From the NCBI GenBank assembly GCA_964016885.1, contig OZ024759.1, positions 26,536,001 through 26,600,000 on the forward strand: a stretch of 64,000 nucleotides of DNA. Reading direction: 5' to 3'. Under the pieces are notes generated by a model that saw only the letters and a program-made list of their open reading frames with translations, had not been told where the DNA came from and made no database searches. Below are positions 27,040-42,589 of the stretch, one piece after another (positions within the stretch are counted from its first letter, which is position 1; every line of letters starts with the position of its first letter). A program made the translations under genes and the position numbers. Source of the DNA: Eledone cirrhosa. Its lineage: Eukaryota.

Positions 27040-27461
27040 TCGCCTGAAAAGGAAAATCAGGGTGGCGAGGGAAGTGCTGCCTTCCAGCCAATTTGTTGAA
27101 AGGAGGGTGAGAGAGGGAAGAATGGCCCGTGTGAATGGGCCTACCCTGAGCGTGTGCCTGTAGCATCGTAGGAAGAAAACTGGAAGAGGGTACTTGGCCT
27201 AGCGGTCTGGGTAACCGTGGCTTTTTTCTGGGTTTTCTCCACGAGCGACCCTCGGAAGTCCCCCCCCCCCCCCTATTGGGGAATTTTTCATTGTATCTTT
27301 TTTTGTTACATCCTCTGTTTTTTACACGCAGAAATGCCCATTTGTATCGTCCTGTATTGTCCTGTGTTGTCCTTAATGTTATACTTTGTGTCAACCCTTG
27401 TGATTAATAAAGAAAGCATTAATGTTTTTCTTGATGTCAGCCCTTGTGGCCAATAAAGAAA
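27040..27461 (+). mobile_element. Tx1-like LINE 3' fragment
   Basis: Homologous to 39760-39871 (gaatggcccgtgtgaatgggcct); ends cccttgtggccaataaagaaa followed by (ATT)n. Confidence 0.75.
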
Positions 27462-27480
27462 TCATTATAATTATTATTAC

Positions 27481-27511
<31 letters not shown>

Positions 27512-27632
27512 GATTTATTACAGTTTGTCCTTAGAAGCACGGGAATGTTTATTAAGTTAAGGGTTGAGCATGATTGGGCTTGTTGTGATGTAGAGGAAAG
27601 AAGGATGATACACACACACACACACATAAACG

Positions 27633-27699
<67 letters not shown>

Positions 27700-28251
27700 C
27701 GTTTGTGTGTGTCTGTCTATGCATGTAAGTATGTATGCATGAGTAAATGGATGTATATATGCACGTCGGTATGTGCGTATGTACGTATGTATTTATATAT
27801 ATATATATATAATGTGTGTGTGTGTTTTGCAAGGTTTTTTATATATATATATATATGTGTGTGTATTTATGTATATATCCATCTTTTGTACGCATGTATC
27901 TATGTGTGTATATATATAGGTGTATGTTATTTACCTAGATATCCTAAAACCTATGCTGTAGTCCAACAATAAGTAAATGGCTCTGTACATAAAACCCTCC
28001 CAGGGGCCGTACTAACTCTTCTGCTAATAATTATTATTGAGAAATATATATATATGCATATTAATAACTCTCTCTCTCCTCTCTGTCTATCTCTCTCTCT
28101 CTCTCATATATATATATGTGTGTGTGTGTGTGTATAAATATATATGTATGTGTGTTTTCGTTCAATCCGTCACGTAATTTCAGGATGGCATTTACACAAA
28201 CGACCTAACCTCTATATTTCCCAATTCGTTGGTGCCACACACACTGACACA

Positions 28252-28531
<280 letters not shown>

Positions 28532-28668
28532 AACATATATCTATATACATAAACATAAATATATATAATACATATATTATATATAAACATATATATAATA
28601 TATATTTATATACATACACACATACATACATATATATGGAGCGGCTTCAACTTCGATTTGTAACCATT

Positions 28669-28721
<53 letters not shown>

Positions 28722-29799
28722 AAAATCGAACGGGAACAAAACAGAGAGGCAGTACGAACAAAGGTTTATTAGTTTCACGCTCTTGAGTGTGGGGGGGGGG
28801 GCGGTATACTCATATATATGCATATATATGCATATACACTCGTATACATACATACACACATATATATATATATATATATAAGAGCCTTTATTATTCATTC
28901 GTTTGTCAAACTTCTTTCGTCACACATTCTGCGACCTCCGAAATGACTATCAGTTCTCTTTTGTGCTTCTTCTTTCTGATCTTAAGCTTTTACTCCATCT
29001 CGTCTTTTTCAAGATGGTGTAGAAGCTTAATGTGTGTTTAAAAAGAAGGAAGGGAATGGTGAAAAACACTATAGCAAAACAGCGGCTGGCCTTCCATTTG
29101 CTACGCTCTGTGTGAGTGTATGAGTATTCGTGTGTTTGTGTAAATATAGGTGGGTATGTGTGTTTGTGTGAATGTATGTCTGTGAATGTGTATTTTTGTA
29201 AATGTGTCTGTGTTTGCGCGTTTATATTTGTACACTTACACGTATAAATGTATGTATTGGGTCAAGTATGAAATTTGTAGTCAAGTATGAAATTTGTAGT
29301 GAGGCATATGGCCACATGTTTTTTCTACAAATTTCATACTTGAAATATATTTCATATAAGTACATATACACATATGCACACAAAATTGTTAATTTTTTTA
29401 TTATTATTTCGTGTTGAAATAATTCTAGTATTCAAAAATCCTCGGCAGTTTCTTTCATTAGAAATATGGTAATGAAGGCGTTTGAAGAAACGATATATAA
29501 TAAAGATCGAAACCTAGTTGTAAATTTCATATTCTGTGCCCTGTACATATCTAGAATCAACAGCGTATTGATCAACGCCTTCGATTATCGTGTATTGAAA
29601 TAAATTGATGTCTTAATTAATCTCTATTACAAGGTAAATCACTTAAAATAATTCACACTTTCTGATTTTTACATTGTTTTGTTTTAATAATATTTCAGTT
29701 ATCATATTTTAATTGATTGGCTTAAATACAATTTGTAATCTTCGGAAATATATTTTTGAATAGGCTAAAATAGTCGTTGATAGTGTGTGTAGCTGCCTG

Positions 29800-31120
29800 G
29801 TGTGGCAGTGTGGTGGTGTCTATGTGTGGTGTAGTGGTGTGGGTGTTTGTTATGGTGTGGTGGTGTCTTGGTATGGTGTGGGTGTTTGGTGGTGTGGTTG
29901 TGTGGTGGTGTGGGTGTTTGGTGGTGTGGTTGTGTGGTGGTGTGGGTGTTTGGTGGTATGGTGGTGTGGTGGTTTATTGGTATAGCAGTATTGTGGGTGT
30001 GTTAGTATGATATGGAAGTGTGGTGGTGTGGTAGCTTGTTGGTGTGGTAGTGTGTTGGTGTGGTGGTGTGGTAGCTTGTTGGTGTGGTAGTGTGTGGTAG
30101 TGTGGTGGTGTGATGGTGTGGTAGTGTGATGGTGTGGTAGTGTGATGGTGTGGTAGTGTGATGGTGTGGTAGTGTAATGGTGTGGTAGTGTGATGGTGTG
30201 GTAGTGTGATGGTGTTGTGGTGTGATGGTGTTGTGGTGTGGTAGTGTTGTGGTGTGGTAGTGTTGTGGTGTGGTAGTGTTGTGGTGTGGTAGTGTTGTGG
30301 TGTGGTAGTGTGATGGTGTGGTAGTGTGATGGTGTGGTAGTGTTGTGGTGTGGTAGTGTTGTGGTGTGGTAGTGTGATGGTGTGGTGGTGTGGTGGTGTG
30401 GTAGTGTGGTAGTGTGGTGGTGTGTAGTGTGGTAGTGTGGTAGTGTGATGGTGTGATGGTGTGGTAGTATGGTGGTGTGGTAGTGTTGTGGTGTGGTAGT
30501 GTTGTGGTGTGGTAGTGTGATGGTGTGGTAGTGTGGTAGTGTGGTGGTGTGATGGTGTGGTAGTGTGGTAGTGTGGTACTGTGATGGTGTGGTACTGTGA
30601 TGGTGTATTAGTGTGGTAGTGTGGTAGTGTGATGGTGTGGTAGTGTGGTGGTGTGGTAGTGTTGTGGTGTGGTAGTGTTGTGGTAGTGTTGTGGTGTGGT
30701 AGTGTTGTGGTGTGGTAGTGTGATGGTGTGGTAGTGTGGTAGTGTGGTGGTGTGATGGTGTGGTAGTGTTGTGGTGTGGTAGTGTTGTGGTGTGGTAGTG
30801 TGATGGTGTGGTAGTGTGGTAGTGGTGGTGTGATGGTGTGGTAGTGTGGTAGTGTGGTACTGTGATGGTGTGGTACTGTGATGGTGTGGTAGTGTGATGG
30901 TGTGGTAGTGTGATGGTGTGATAGTGTGGTAGTGGTGTAGTACGTGCAGTGATGTGCAGGCGTAGTTGTTTGGTGGTGTTGCAGTTTTTGGTGTCTTACT
31001 ATTGTGTGATAGTGTAGTAGAGTGGTTGTTTGGTGGTGTGGTGGTGTGTTGGTTATAGCAGTCGTTGTGGTGGTATGGTTGTGCGGTGGTGTGTTGGTGT
31101 GAAGGTGTAGTGGTGTGATG
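29800..31120. repeat. GT-rich 8-mer satellite (GTGTGGTA / GTGTGATG / GTGTTGTG)
   Basis: Regular 8/16-bp period in 30020-30930 with degenerate flanks. Confidence 0.9.
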
Positions 31121-31487
31121 TTATATCAATCAGCTGTTGTGGTGTCGTGCTGGAGGAGTAGTGTTACATAAGTATGCTTTAGTCAATAAAGATAATTCAG
31201 AAATGGTGCGTGACTCAGTTGTAAGAGTGTTCGAATCAGGATCGAAAGATTTTGTGTTCAATACAAGGCCTTGGAAGAACATTGTGTCCTTGAACAAGAC
31301 CTTTTATTTCACATTGTTTCAGGCCACTCGGCTATCAAAAAATTATTTGTGGCTGTACATGAAGCGGCCAACCATGTCAAATAATGTAACACAAATAATG
31401 TAACAACTTGTAGGAGTCTGAACGAAAGGACAATTTAACCTAAAAAGAAATGTTTTGAAAATCTAAAAACGGAAAAAGCAAGCTTCG

Positions 31488-31860
31488 CTAACATCGATTT
31501 TTTGTACATGTTATAAAGATCCTTTTTATATTATATATACCAGGTGCTCTTTTGGAAACCTTTTTTATTATCATTTTACTTATATATATGTATGTATGAA
31601 TGAAGTAATTCCGTCGGAAAGGTCCAGGAAAAAAGAGTCCTCTATGTTGGTTACAGAGCTTATTAGTTATGTAATAAACAACAATAAAGATAATTATTTC
31701 ATTTACAGTGGTTTCTTGAAAGCAAGCAAATTTGCTTTCAGTCATCAGAATGAAAAAATCCTGGTATATTTATTGACAGTGGTTTTTAAAATCGACTGTC
31801 AATAAATATACAAGAATTTGTTCATTCTGATGACTGAAAGCAAATTTGTTTGCTTTCAAA
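31488..31860 (-). mobile_element. Fold-back element with complete hammerhead
   Basis: Palindrome at 31716-31859. The minus-strand arm continues through the full ribozyme motif into a tail. Confidence 0.6.
31697..31755 (-). ncRNA. Minimal type I hammerhead ribozyme motif
   Basis: Minus strand reads tttcatt CTGATGA c-tgaaagcaa-atttgc-ttgctttca-a GAAAC cact GTA aatgaaa: 7-bp stem I, 9-bp stem II and a minimal stem III. Confidence 0.8.
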
Positions 31861-32084
31861 TATATATATATAGAGAGAGAGAGAGTGAGAGACGGTTTTA
31901 TTCGTACATGTTCATTTTATTATTTTATTATCTAATTATACTTATGCAAAGGTAGTTATGTAATAACCTCCCAGCACGTTTTCTTCAGATGAATCGTTTT
32001 TGTATCCATTGACAAGCTACTGGTTTAACATGTGAACATCGCTGTCCAGTACTCATATAACTGTATATATACATGATAATAATA

Positions 32085-32265
32085 ATTGTTTCTACTTTTG
32101 GCACAAGGCCAGCAATTACCCAAGTACATTACTGGTACTTTATTTTATCGACCTCGTGAGGATGAAAGGCAAAGTTAACCTCGGCGGGATTTGAACTCAG
32201 ATCATAAAGGGACGTAACTCTATGCTTCAAAGCATGGTGTCCGACTCTCTACCGATACTGCCAAA
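32085..32265 (-). mobile_element. SINE S1
   Basis: Same core and head. Confidence 0.85.
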
Positions 32266-32311
32266 TAATAATAATAATAATACAAGGACGAATGGTTATT
32301 CCTTCATTACG

Positions 32312-32490
32312 TGTATTGGGGAATTTTTCATTGTTTAAATTTTCATTTTTATTGTTTATATATATATATGTTTCTATGTTTTTTCTTCTTTTCTTATATA
32401 AATAATAAAAATATTTACACGCACAAAACCCACATCGTACCGTCCTGTGCCGTCTGTAATGTTTTTCTTGATGTCAGCCAATAAAGAAAT
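32312..32490 (+). mobile_element. Tx1-like LINE 3' UTR fragment
   Basis: Shares tattggggaatttttcattg and aatgtttttcttgatgtcagcc...aataaagaaatcattat with the 27040-27461 copy. Confidence 0.55.
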
Positions 32491-32732
32491 CATTATTAAT
32501 ATTAATTGGCAGCATCGGTAGAGGGTCGGACAAGCTTTCCATATATATATGTATATTTGCTCTGATAGTTTGTAATATTTTTAAATAGATCTATATGATA
32601 TACATACCAACACACATATATATCCTAGAAACGATCGTAAAATGATGAATTTTTTAATATGAGGACCTTGTTCTTTGTTTTTATTCATAGTTTTTATTAT
32701 TTTATATAGATATATATATATATACACATATA

Positions 32733-32772
<40 letters not shown>

Positions 32773-32800
32773 TATTTATATATATATATATATACATATA

Positions 32801-32849
<49 letters not shown>

Positions 32850-32852
32850 ATT

Positions 32853-32913
<61 letters not shown>

Positions 32914-32928
32914 ATATTTATATATATT

Positions 32929-32961
<33 letters not shown>

Positions 32962-33279
32962 ATATTTATATATTTATATATATATATATATCTATATATT
33001 TATGTATACATATATATTTATATATATAGAGATTTATTTATATATATATAGATTTATATATATATATACATATATATTTATATATGTATATATTTATTTA
33101 TATATATATATATATATTTATTTATATATATATATTATATATAGATATATTTATATATAGATATATTTTATATATATATTTATTTATATATATATATTGT
33201 ATATATATTTATTTATATATGTATATATTTATATATGTATATATTTATATATATTTATATATATATATTTATATATATT

Positions 33280-33336
<57 letters not shown>

Positions 33337-33372
33337 ATTTATATATATATATATTTATATATATATATTATT

Positions 33373-33403
<31 letters not shown>

Positions 33404-33420
33404 TTATATGTATATATATA

Positions 33421-33517
<97 letters not shown>

Positions 33518-33574
33518 TTATATATATATATATATATTTATATATATTTATATATATATATATATATTTATATA

Positions 33575-33622
<48 letters not shown>

Positions 33623-33676
33623 TATATATATTTATATATTTATATATATATATATATTTATATATATTTATATATT

Positions 33677-33727
<51 letters not shown>

Positions 33728-33730
33728 ATT

Positions 33731-33825
<95 letters not shown>

Positions 33826-33852
33826 ATTTATATATATATATTTATATATATA

Positions 33853-33897
<45 letters not shown>

Positions 33898-33914
33898 ATT
33901 TATATATATATATT

Positions 33915-33969
<55 letters not shown>

Positions 33970-33984
33970 TTATACATATATATT

Positions 33985-34085
<101 letters not shown>

Positions 34086-34086
34086 T

Positions 34087-34126
<40 letters not shown>

Positions 34127-34181
34127 TATATATATATTTATATATATATATTTTATATATATATATTTATATATATATATT

Positions 34182-34216
<35 letters not shown>

Positions 34217-34231
34217 TTATATATATATATT

Positions 34232-34262
<31 letters not shown>

Positions 34263-34263
34263 T

Positions 34264-34299
<36 letters not shown>

Positions 34300-34323
34300 T
34301 ATATATATATTTATATATATATT

Positions 34324-34398
<75 letters not shown>

Positions 34399-34399
34399 T

Positions 34400-34581
<182 letters not shown>

Positions 34582-34631
34582 TTATATATATATATTATAT
34601 ATATATATTTATATATATATATTTATATATA

Positions 34632-34718
<87 letters not shown>

Positions 34719-34779
34719 ATATATTTATATATATATATATTTATATATATATATATTTATATTTATATATATATATATT

Positions 34780-34854
<75 letters not shown>

Positions 34855-34871
34855 TTATATATATATATATT

Positions 34872-34908
<37 letters not shown>

Positions 34909-34919
34909 ATATATTTATT

Positions 34920-34952
<33 letters not shown>

Positions 34953-35011
34953 ATATATATATTTATTTATATATATATTTATATATATATATATTTATAT
35001 ATATATATATT

Positions 35012-35046
<35 letters not shown>

Positions 35047-35058
35047 ATATATTTATAT

Positions 35059-35258
35059 GAACCAGTAAGACCCCGACAGCTGAGCTCAAGCCGTTTCGAC
35101 GGCTAATTCTGGATAATTGAGTCCAGAATTAGCCGTCGAAACGGCTTGAGCTCAGCTGTCGGGGTCTTACTGGTTCCTATTACCCACTCTACTACCTCAA
35201 GTATTGAGTACTTTGGTGCGTTATGGTCCACCTGGTTCCTTACCACATTTCCTTCGTT
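35059..35258 (+). mobile_element. Fold-back element, family B
   Basis: Near-identical to 17842-18034 in the opposite orientation; apex reads ggctaattctgga-taattgag-tccagaattagcc. Confidence 0.75.
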
Positions 35259-35267
35259 ATATATATT

Positions 35268-35303
<36 letters not shown>

Positions 35304-35604
35304 TATATATATATGCAAAAGTTTTATTTAAAATAGTTGGGTTACAAGTAAATATTTTATAACTGATATAAAGCACTCGATAAGTTATTGGAGTAGATAT
35401 ATAGTTTCTATTTGTTTAATATCGTATATATTTATATATATTTATATATATACATATATATTCATATATATATATATATATTTATATATATACATATATA
35501 TTTATATATATATTTATATATATTTATATATATACATATATATTCATATATATATATATATATTTATATATATACATATATATTTATATATGTATATATA
35601 TATG

Positions 35605-35636
<32 letters not shown>

Positions 35637-35863
35637 TATATATATATATTTACTTATATGTATATTTATATTTATATATATATATTTATTTATATATATT
35701 TATTCATATATATTTATGTATATATATATTTATATTTATATATATATATTTATTTATATATAAAAACTATATATTTATTTATATATAAAATCTATTTATA
35801 TATATTTATGTATATATATATTTATTTATGTATATATATATTTATTTATATATATATATATTT

Positions 35864-36067
35864 AGCGAGGGAAAAGTGGTAAGGAACCAGGTGGACCATA
35901 ACGCACCAAAATACTCAATACTTAGGGTAGTAGAGTGGGTAATAGGAGTAAGTAAGACCCCGACGGCTGAGCTCAAGCCGTTTCGACGGCTAATTCTGTA
36001 CTCAATTCTGTACAGAATTAGCCGTGGAAACGGCTTGAGCTCAGCCGTCGGGTCTTACTTACTCCTA
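35864..36067 (-). mobile_element. Fold-back element, family B
   Basis: Same tail plus palindrome; apex contains a duplicated aattctgtac. Confidence 0.75.
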
Positions 36068-36362
36068 TATATATATATTTATATATTTATATATATATAT
36101 ATTTATATATTTATATATATATATATTTATATATTTATATATTTATTATATATATTTATATATATTTATATATATATATATTTATATATATATATATTTA
36201 TATATATATATTTATATATATATATATTTATATATATATATATATATTTATATATTTATATATATATATATATAAATATATATATATATATTTATATATA
36301 TATATATTTATATATATATATATTTATATATATATACATTTATATATATTTATATATATATT

Positions 36363-36393
<31 letters not shown>

Positions 36394-36410
36394 ATTTATA
36401 TATTTATATT

Positions 36411-36441
<31 letters not shown>

Positions 36442-36442
36442 T

Positions 36443-36473
<31 letters not shown>

Positions 36474-36572
36474 TTATATATATATATATATTTATATATA
36501 TATTTATATATATATTTATATTTATATATATATTTATATATATATTTATATTTATATATATATTTATATATT

Positions 36573-36603
<31 letters not shown>

Positions 36604-36608
36604 ATATT

Positions 36609-36641
<33 letters not shown>

Positions 36642-36654
36642 ATATTTATATATT

Positions 36655-36687
<33 letters not shown>

Positions 36688-36696
36688 ATATTTATA

Positions 36697-36765
<69 letters not shown>

Positions 36766-36778
36766 ATATTTATATTTA

Positions 36779-36811
<33 letters not shown>

Positions 36812-36884
36812 ATATATATTTATATATATATATTTATATATATATATTTATATATATATATTTATATATATATATTTATATATT

Positions 36885-36918
<34 letters not shown>

Positions 36919-37039
36919 TATATATTTATATATATATATATATTTATATATTTATATTTATACATATATATATATATATATATATTTATATGTATATTTA
37001 TATATATATATATATATATTTATATATAAATAAATGAGA

Positions 37040-37230
37040 AGGACGGTGAATTGGTAGTATCGGTAGAGAGTAGGACGCTATGCTTTGACGAATAGAGTTG
37101 CGGCCATTTATGGTCTGATTTCAAATACCGCCGAGGTTAATTTTGCCTTTCATCCTTACGGGGTCGATAAAATAAAATTCCAGTAATATACTGGGTATTT
37201 GTTGGCCTTGTGCCAAAAGTGTAAACAATG
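37040..37230 (+). mobile_element. SINE S1
   Basis: Same core and head. Confidence 0.85.
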
Positions 37231-37644
37231 ATTAGAATGAGGAGATTGCTAACATCTATAGGCAAGGATGAATACCTTATTTCCCATTCAACTAACAACC
37301 CGCCCATTGATCAATCATCCATAAATATATAAGTTCGCTAAGTATTGATTAATTATCTGTATCGATTACACAAGTACAGCAGGATAAGTAAATAATTCCC
37401 TCTATATTTTATAGATAGTTACGTATTTCTGATGGGGGTGGAGGAGATATAATGCATACACACACATATATATATATAAAAATATGTATATATATATGTG
37501 TATATATATGTATGTATATATATATGTATGTATATATATGTGTGTATGTATATATATGTATAGATAAGTATGTATGTATATGAATATATATATATATATG
37601 TATATATATATGTATATATATATGTATATATATATATATATGTG

Positions 37645-37702
<58 letters not shown>

Positions 37703-37842
37703 TGTATGTATATATATATATACATATATATATATGTATATATATATGTATACATATATATATACATATATATATATGTATATATATACGTATATATATA
37801 TATATGTATATATATATATGTATATATATATGTATATATATG

Positions 37843-37873
<31 letters not shown>

Positions 37874-37950
37874 GTATATATATGTATATATATGTATATA
37901 TATATGTATATGTATATATATGTATATATATGTATATATATATGTATATG

Positions 37951-38027
<77 letters not shown>

Positions 38028-38064
38028 GTATATATGTATATATATATATGTATATATGTATATA

Positions 38065-38113
<49 letters not shown>

Positions 38114-38258
38114 GTGTATGTATATATATGTATATATATATGTGTATGTATATATATGTATATATATATATGTATATATATATGTGTATGTATATATATA
38201 TATGTATATATATGTATATATATATGTGTATATATATATATGTGTATATATATATATG

Positions 38259-38355
<97 letters not shown>

Positions 38356-38448
38356 GTGTATATATATATATATATGTGTATATATATATATATGTGTATG
38401 TATATATATATATATATATATGTGTATATATATATATATATGTGTATG

Positions 38449-38481
<33 letters not shown>

Positions 38482-38482
38482 G

Positions 38483-38513
<31 letters not shown>

Positions 38514-38590
38514 GTATATATGTATATATATATATATATGTATATATGTATATATGTATATATATATATATATGTATATATGTATATATG

Positions 38591-38621
<31 letters not shown>

Positions 38622-38622
38622 G

Positions 38623-38659
<37 letters not shown>

Positions 38660-38701
38660 GTATATATATATATGTATATATATATATGTATATGTATATA
38701 T

Positions 38702-38753
<52 letters not shown>

Positions 38754-38756
38754 GTG

Positions 38757-38801
<45 letters not shown>

Positions 38802-39092
38802 GTATATATATATATATGTATATGTATATGTATATATATATATGTATATGTATATGTATATATATATATGTATATGTATATATATATATGTATATGTATA
38901 TATATATATGTATATGTATATATGTATATGTATATATATATATATGTATATATATATATGTATATGTGTATATATATATATGTATATGTGTATATATATA
39001 TATGTATATGTATATATATATATATGTATATGTATATATATATATATGTATATGTATATATATATATATGTATATGTATATATATATATATG

Positions 39093-39124
<32 letters not shown>

Positions 39125-39125
39125 T

Positions 39126-40104
39126 TCAAGCAGAGACCGAGGAAAATGGGCGACTGGCACATCGAATGTGCTCAGGCGCTCACAGCCCTCTGGCAGGCGG
39201 ACCCGGCGATCAGTGGAGACTCCACTTCGTCATTCTATAGAGGGTTGGTCCGCAGCAAGTGCGACGACGCGCTCGGTGAAACTCTAGGCGTGGAGGAAGA
39301 TGAACTGGCCAGTCTGTTCGGTAGGACCTTCCGCCCGGGACCGATGGACAACTTCCAAAAGTCCCTGGCCTGGCAGTGCTACCGAGGAGCTCTACCAGTT
39401 CGAGACAAGCTCTACAGACATGGGCGCCCGGGCAGGGACCCTGCAAAAAAGATCTGTCCGAGGTGCGTGCGAGACGAAGAAACCGTCGCGCACGCATTCA
39501 TACACTGCCCGGGCGTCACTGACCTGTGGGGATATGTAGAACGACTATTGTCGCGGGTGGGACCAATCCAGTTGACCACCGAGTCCATTGTCATGATCAA
39601 ACCGCCACCCTCCTTCAAAAACGAAGGAGAGGCGGTTTTCCTTTGTGTGATAGCTATGGCGAAAGAGGTTGTATGGTGGACAAGGTTGAAAGGGCTGAGG
39701 TCAGACACCTTTCTCTCCGGCCAACAACTGATTCTTTTTTTCAAATACCACTTTGGAAGAAGAATCAGGATGGAGAGAGAGGTGCTGTACCCCAGCAAGT
39801 TTTATGAAAGGTGGGTGAAAGTGGCGAGAATGGCCCGAGTGAATGGGCCTTCTCTCTATATCAGCCTGTAGATTGAGGAAAAGGAGGAGAGGAAAGGAGT
39901 ACAAGCTCTTCGTACTCCTGGAGATGAGGGTTGCACATTTTTTCGGGGGTATGTGTTACCCATATAAACTGTCTCCCTCTATTGGGGAAAATCGACTAAC
40001 TTTTAAATTCCATCTGTGATAACATTTTACACGTTTTTATTGTATGTAAACTTCCCCCTTTGTATTTGTCCCCTTCTTTTGTGCCCCTGTGGCTAATAAA
40101 GAAA
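39126..40104 (+). mobile_element. 5'-truncated Tx1/L1-like LINE (zf-RVT C-terminus and 3' UTR)
   Basis: Open frame to 39871 with [14 protein letters not shown]...CPRC...[10 protein letters not shown] (CCHC finger). The 3' end gctaataaagaaa runs into (TA)n. The track's 765-aa ORF is this frame fused to a microsatellite. Confidence 0.9.
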
Positions 40105-40196
40105 TATATATATATATATACATATATCTATATATATATATACATATATCTATATATATATATACATATATCTATATATATATATATACATATATC

Positions 40197-40228
<32 letters not shown>

Positions 40229-40628
40229 TCTCTATATATATATACATATATCTCTATATATATATACATATATCTATATATATATATACATATATCTCTA
40301 TATATATATACATATATCTATATATATATATATATATACATATATCTATATATATATACATATATCTATATATGTATATATATATATATAGATATATGTA
40401 TATATACATATATGTATATAGTAATAATAATAAATTAGAAGACTAAAATCCAAAGAGGGCTCGATAAGGATAAATATATATCAAATATATAAGAACTGTA
40501 GTGCAAATATTTGTTAAAAAATATTTGTTTTAATAAATATATATATATATATATATATTGCTTATATTGCTTATATTAAACATAGAAAGATATATATATG
40601 TGTGTGTGTGTGTGTGTGTATAATTGTA

Positions 40629-40674
<46 letters not shown>

Positions 40675-40843
40675 CATGCGCACACGCGTATATTACATAT
40701 ACGTGTGTGGGAGTATAGATTATGTAGATGTGTTGGAGGAGGTTGTTTGTGTTCCTAAGTTCAACCACCTCTGAATTTATGCTTTGAAGCTTCTTGAACA
40801 TACATGTCTATATACATGTAGGTTATGAATAAATCCACACGTG

Positions 40844-40915
<72 letters not shown>

Positions 40916-40962
40916 TACATATATATATATATACACATATATACATATATATATATATACAC

Positions 40963-40993
<31 letters not shown>

Positions 40994-41032
40994 TACATAT
41001 ATATATATACACATATATACATATATATATAT

Positions 41033-41071
<39 letters not shown>

Positions 41072-41165
41072 TACATATATATATATACACATATATACAT
41101 ATATATATATACACATATATACATATATATATATACACATATATACATATATACATATTTATATA

Positions 41166-41242
<77 letters not shown>

Positions 41243-41340
41243 GATTCGTTCACGGTCCGGTGACTGTAAATATCCGTAAACTGGTTAGAAATCAATACGT
41301 GCTTAAGTGCAGAGTATATATATATATATATATATATGTA

Positions 41341-41755
41341 TAGTAACAATAATAAATTTGAAGACTAAAATGCAAAGAGGGATCGATAAGGATAAATATA
41401 TATCAAATATATAAGAACATAAATAGAATTTCATTATTCTTAATGAGAATCATTCGGTTGCGTAAAAAGAATTTTAGTCTACGACTTCAGTTATACCATA
41501 AACGTGGTTTGTCTTTGCGTGTAACTGTTCTCGCGCTACACATAATGACGTATTATCTACCTTTTTTCCGTTCATTGCCAGTGAAGGTTTCCACGGACCA
41601 AAGTATCATCTACCTGTCTTCCTTCGGTTCCAACGTTTTTCGAAATATTTACTTGTGCGTTCACAGATTAATTTTTTTAGTTACAGAAGATCCCATTAAG
41701 GGCGAAAGCAGCGATTCTTTTCTTAAACTTTAATCTGTTATTTTAATAAATATAT
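41341..41755 (+). mobile_element. Family G element, inverted tail plus body
   Basis: Shares the tail gaagactaaaat..gagggatcgataaggataaatat and the 3' segment cagaagatcccattaagggcgaaagcagcgattc with the other G copies. Confidence 0.55.
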
Positions 41756-41864
41756 ATATATATATATACAGTTCAAGAGTAACCAATCTTAAAGAGAGAG
41801 ATGGAGATAGGAGAGGAGAGATTGGTGAATTAGTTAGAAGCCAAAGCGTAAAGGCATGTGCTCA

Positions 41865-41898
<34 letters not shown>

Positions 41899-42144
41899 TT
41901 TAAAATCTCATTCCATAGCTCTTAACTGTTACTCAATTTATTGACATCGAAATACACACATACAAACACTCTCACAGATATATGTATGTATCTATCCTTC
42001 GTGATCCTGTCTCTATTTTTGTACTCCTGAAGAAGGTCTAAAACGAGACACGACGACCTTTCTTTCACCTTTTTCATATAAAGCGTGAAACTAAGAAGAC
42101 TTTTCGTACCACTGTTTGTTGTTTCCTTGAACTATATATATATA

Positions 42145-42334
42145 TAGGAACGAGTAGGACCCCGAAGGCTGAGCTCAAGCCGTTTCGACGGCTAATTCAG
42201 TCCAGAATTAGCCGTCGAAACGGCTTGAGCTCAGCCGTCGGGGACCTACTCGTTCCTATTACCCACTCTACTACCCTAAGTATTGAGTACTTTGGTGCGT
42301 TATGGTCCATCTGGTTCCTTACCACATTTCCTTC

Positions 42335-42337
<3 letters not shown>
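42145..42337 (+). mobile_element. Fold-back element, family B
   Basis: Palindrome at about 42145-42258 plus tail, between TA runs. Confidence 0.75.
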
Positions 42338-42377
<40 letters not shown>

Positions 42378-42420
42378 GATATTAAATAAATGGAAACTAT
42401 ATTTATAAAACCATATTTAT

Positions 42421-42480
42421 TTCATTATATATATTTCAGGGATATCATATTAAAAATATGTTATGCCTTCTTCAGACAAA
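42421..42480 (-). ncRNA. Minimal hammerhead ribozyme motif (family E variant)
   Basis: Minus strand reads tttgt CTGAAGA aggcataacata...tatgatatccct GAAAT atat ATA atgaa. The stem II sequence differs from the other family E copies but still pairs. Confidence 0.65.
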
Positions 42481-42589
42481 ATACAATATAGACAGTTTTA
42501 TAGATAAATAGATTTGACATACCGTTGAACATCGACTTGTATTTGAAAAAGTTGATTTGGCAGTGATTTTCAAATACAAGTCGATGTTG

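Noticed and set aside
29800-31120. G-quadruplex or telomere-like array
   Set aside because: Mostly GG doublets in an 8-mer satellite; nothing beyond a simple repeat is supported.
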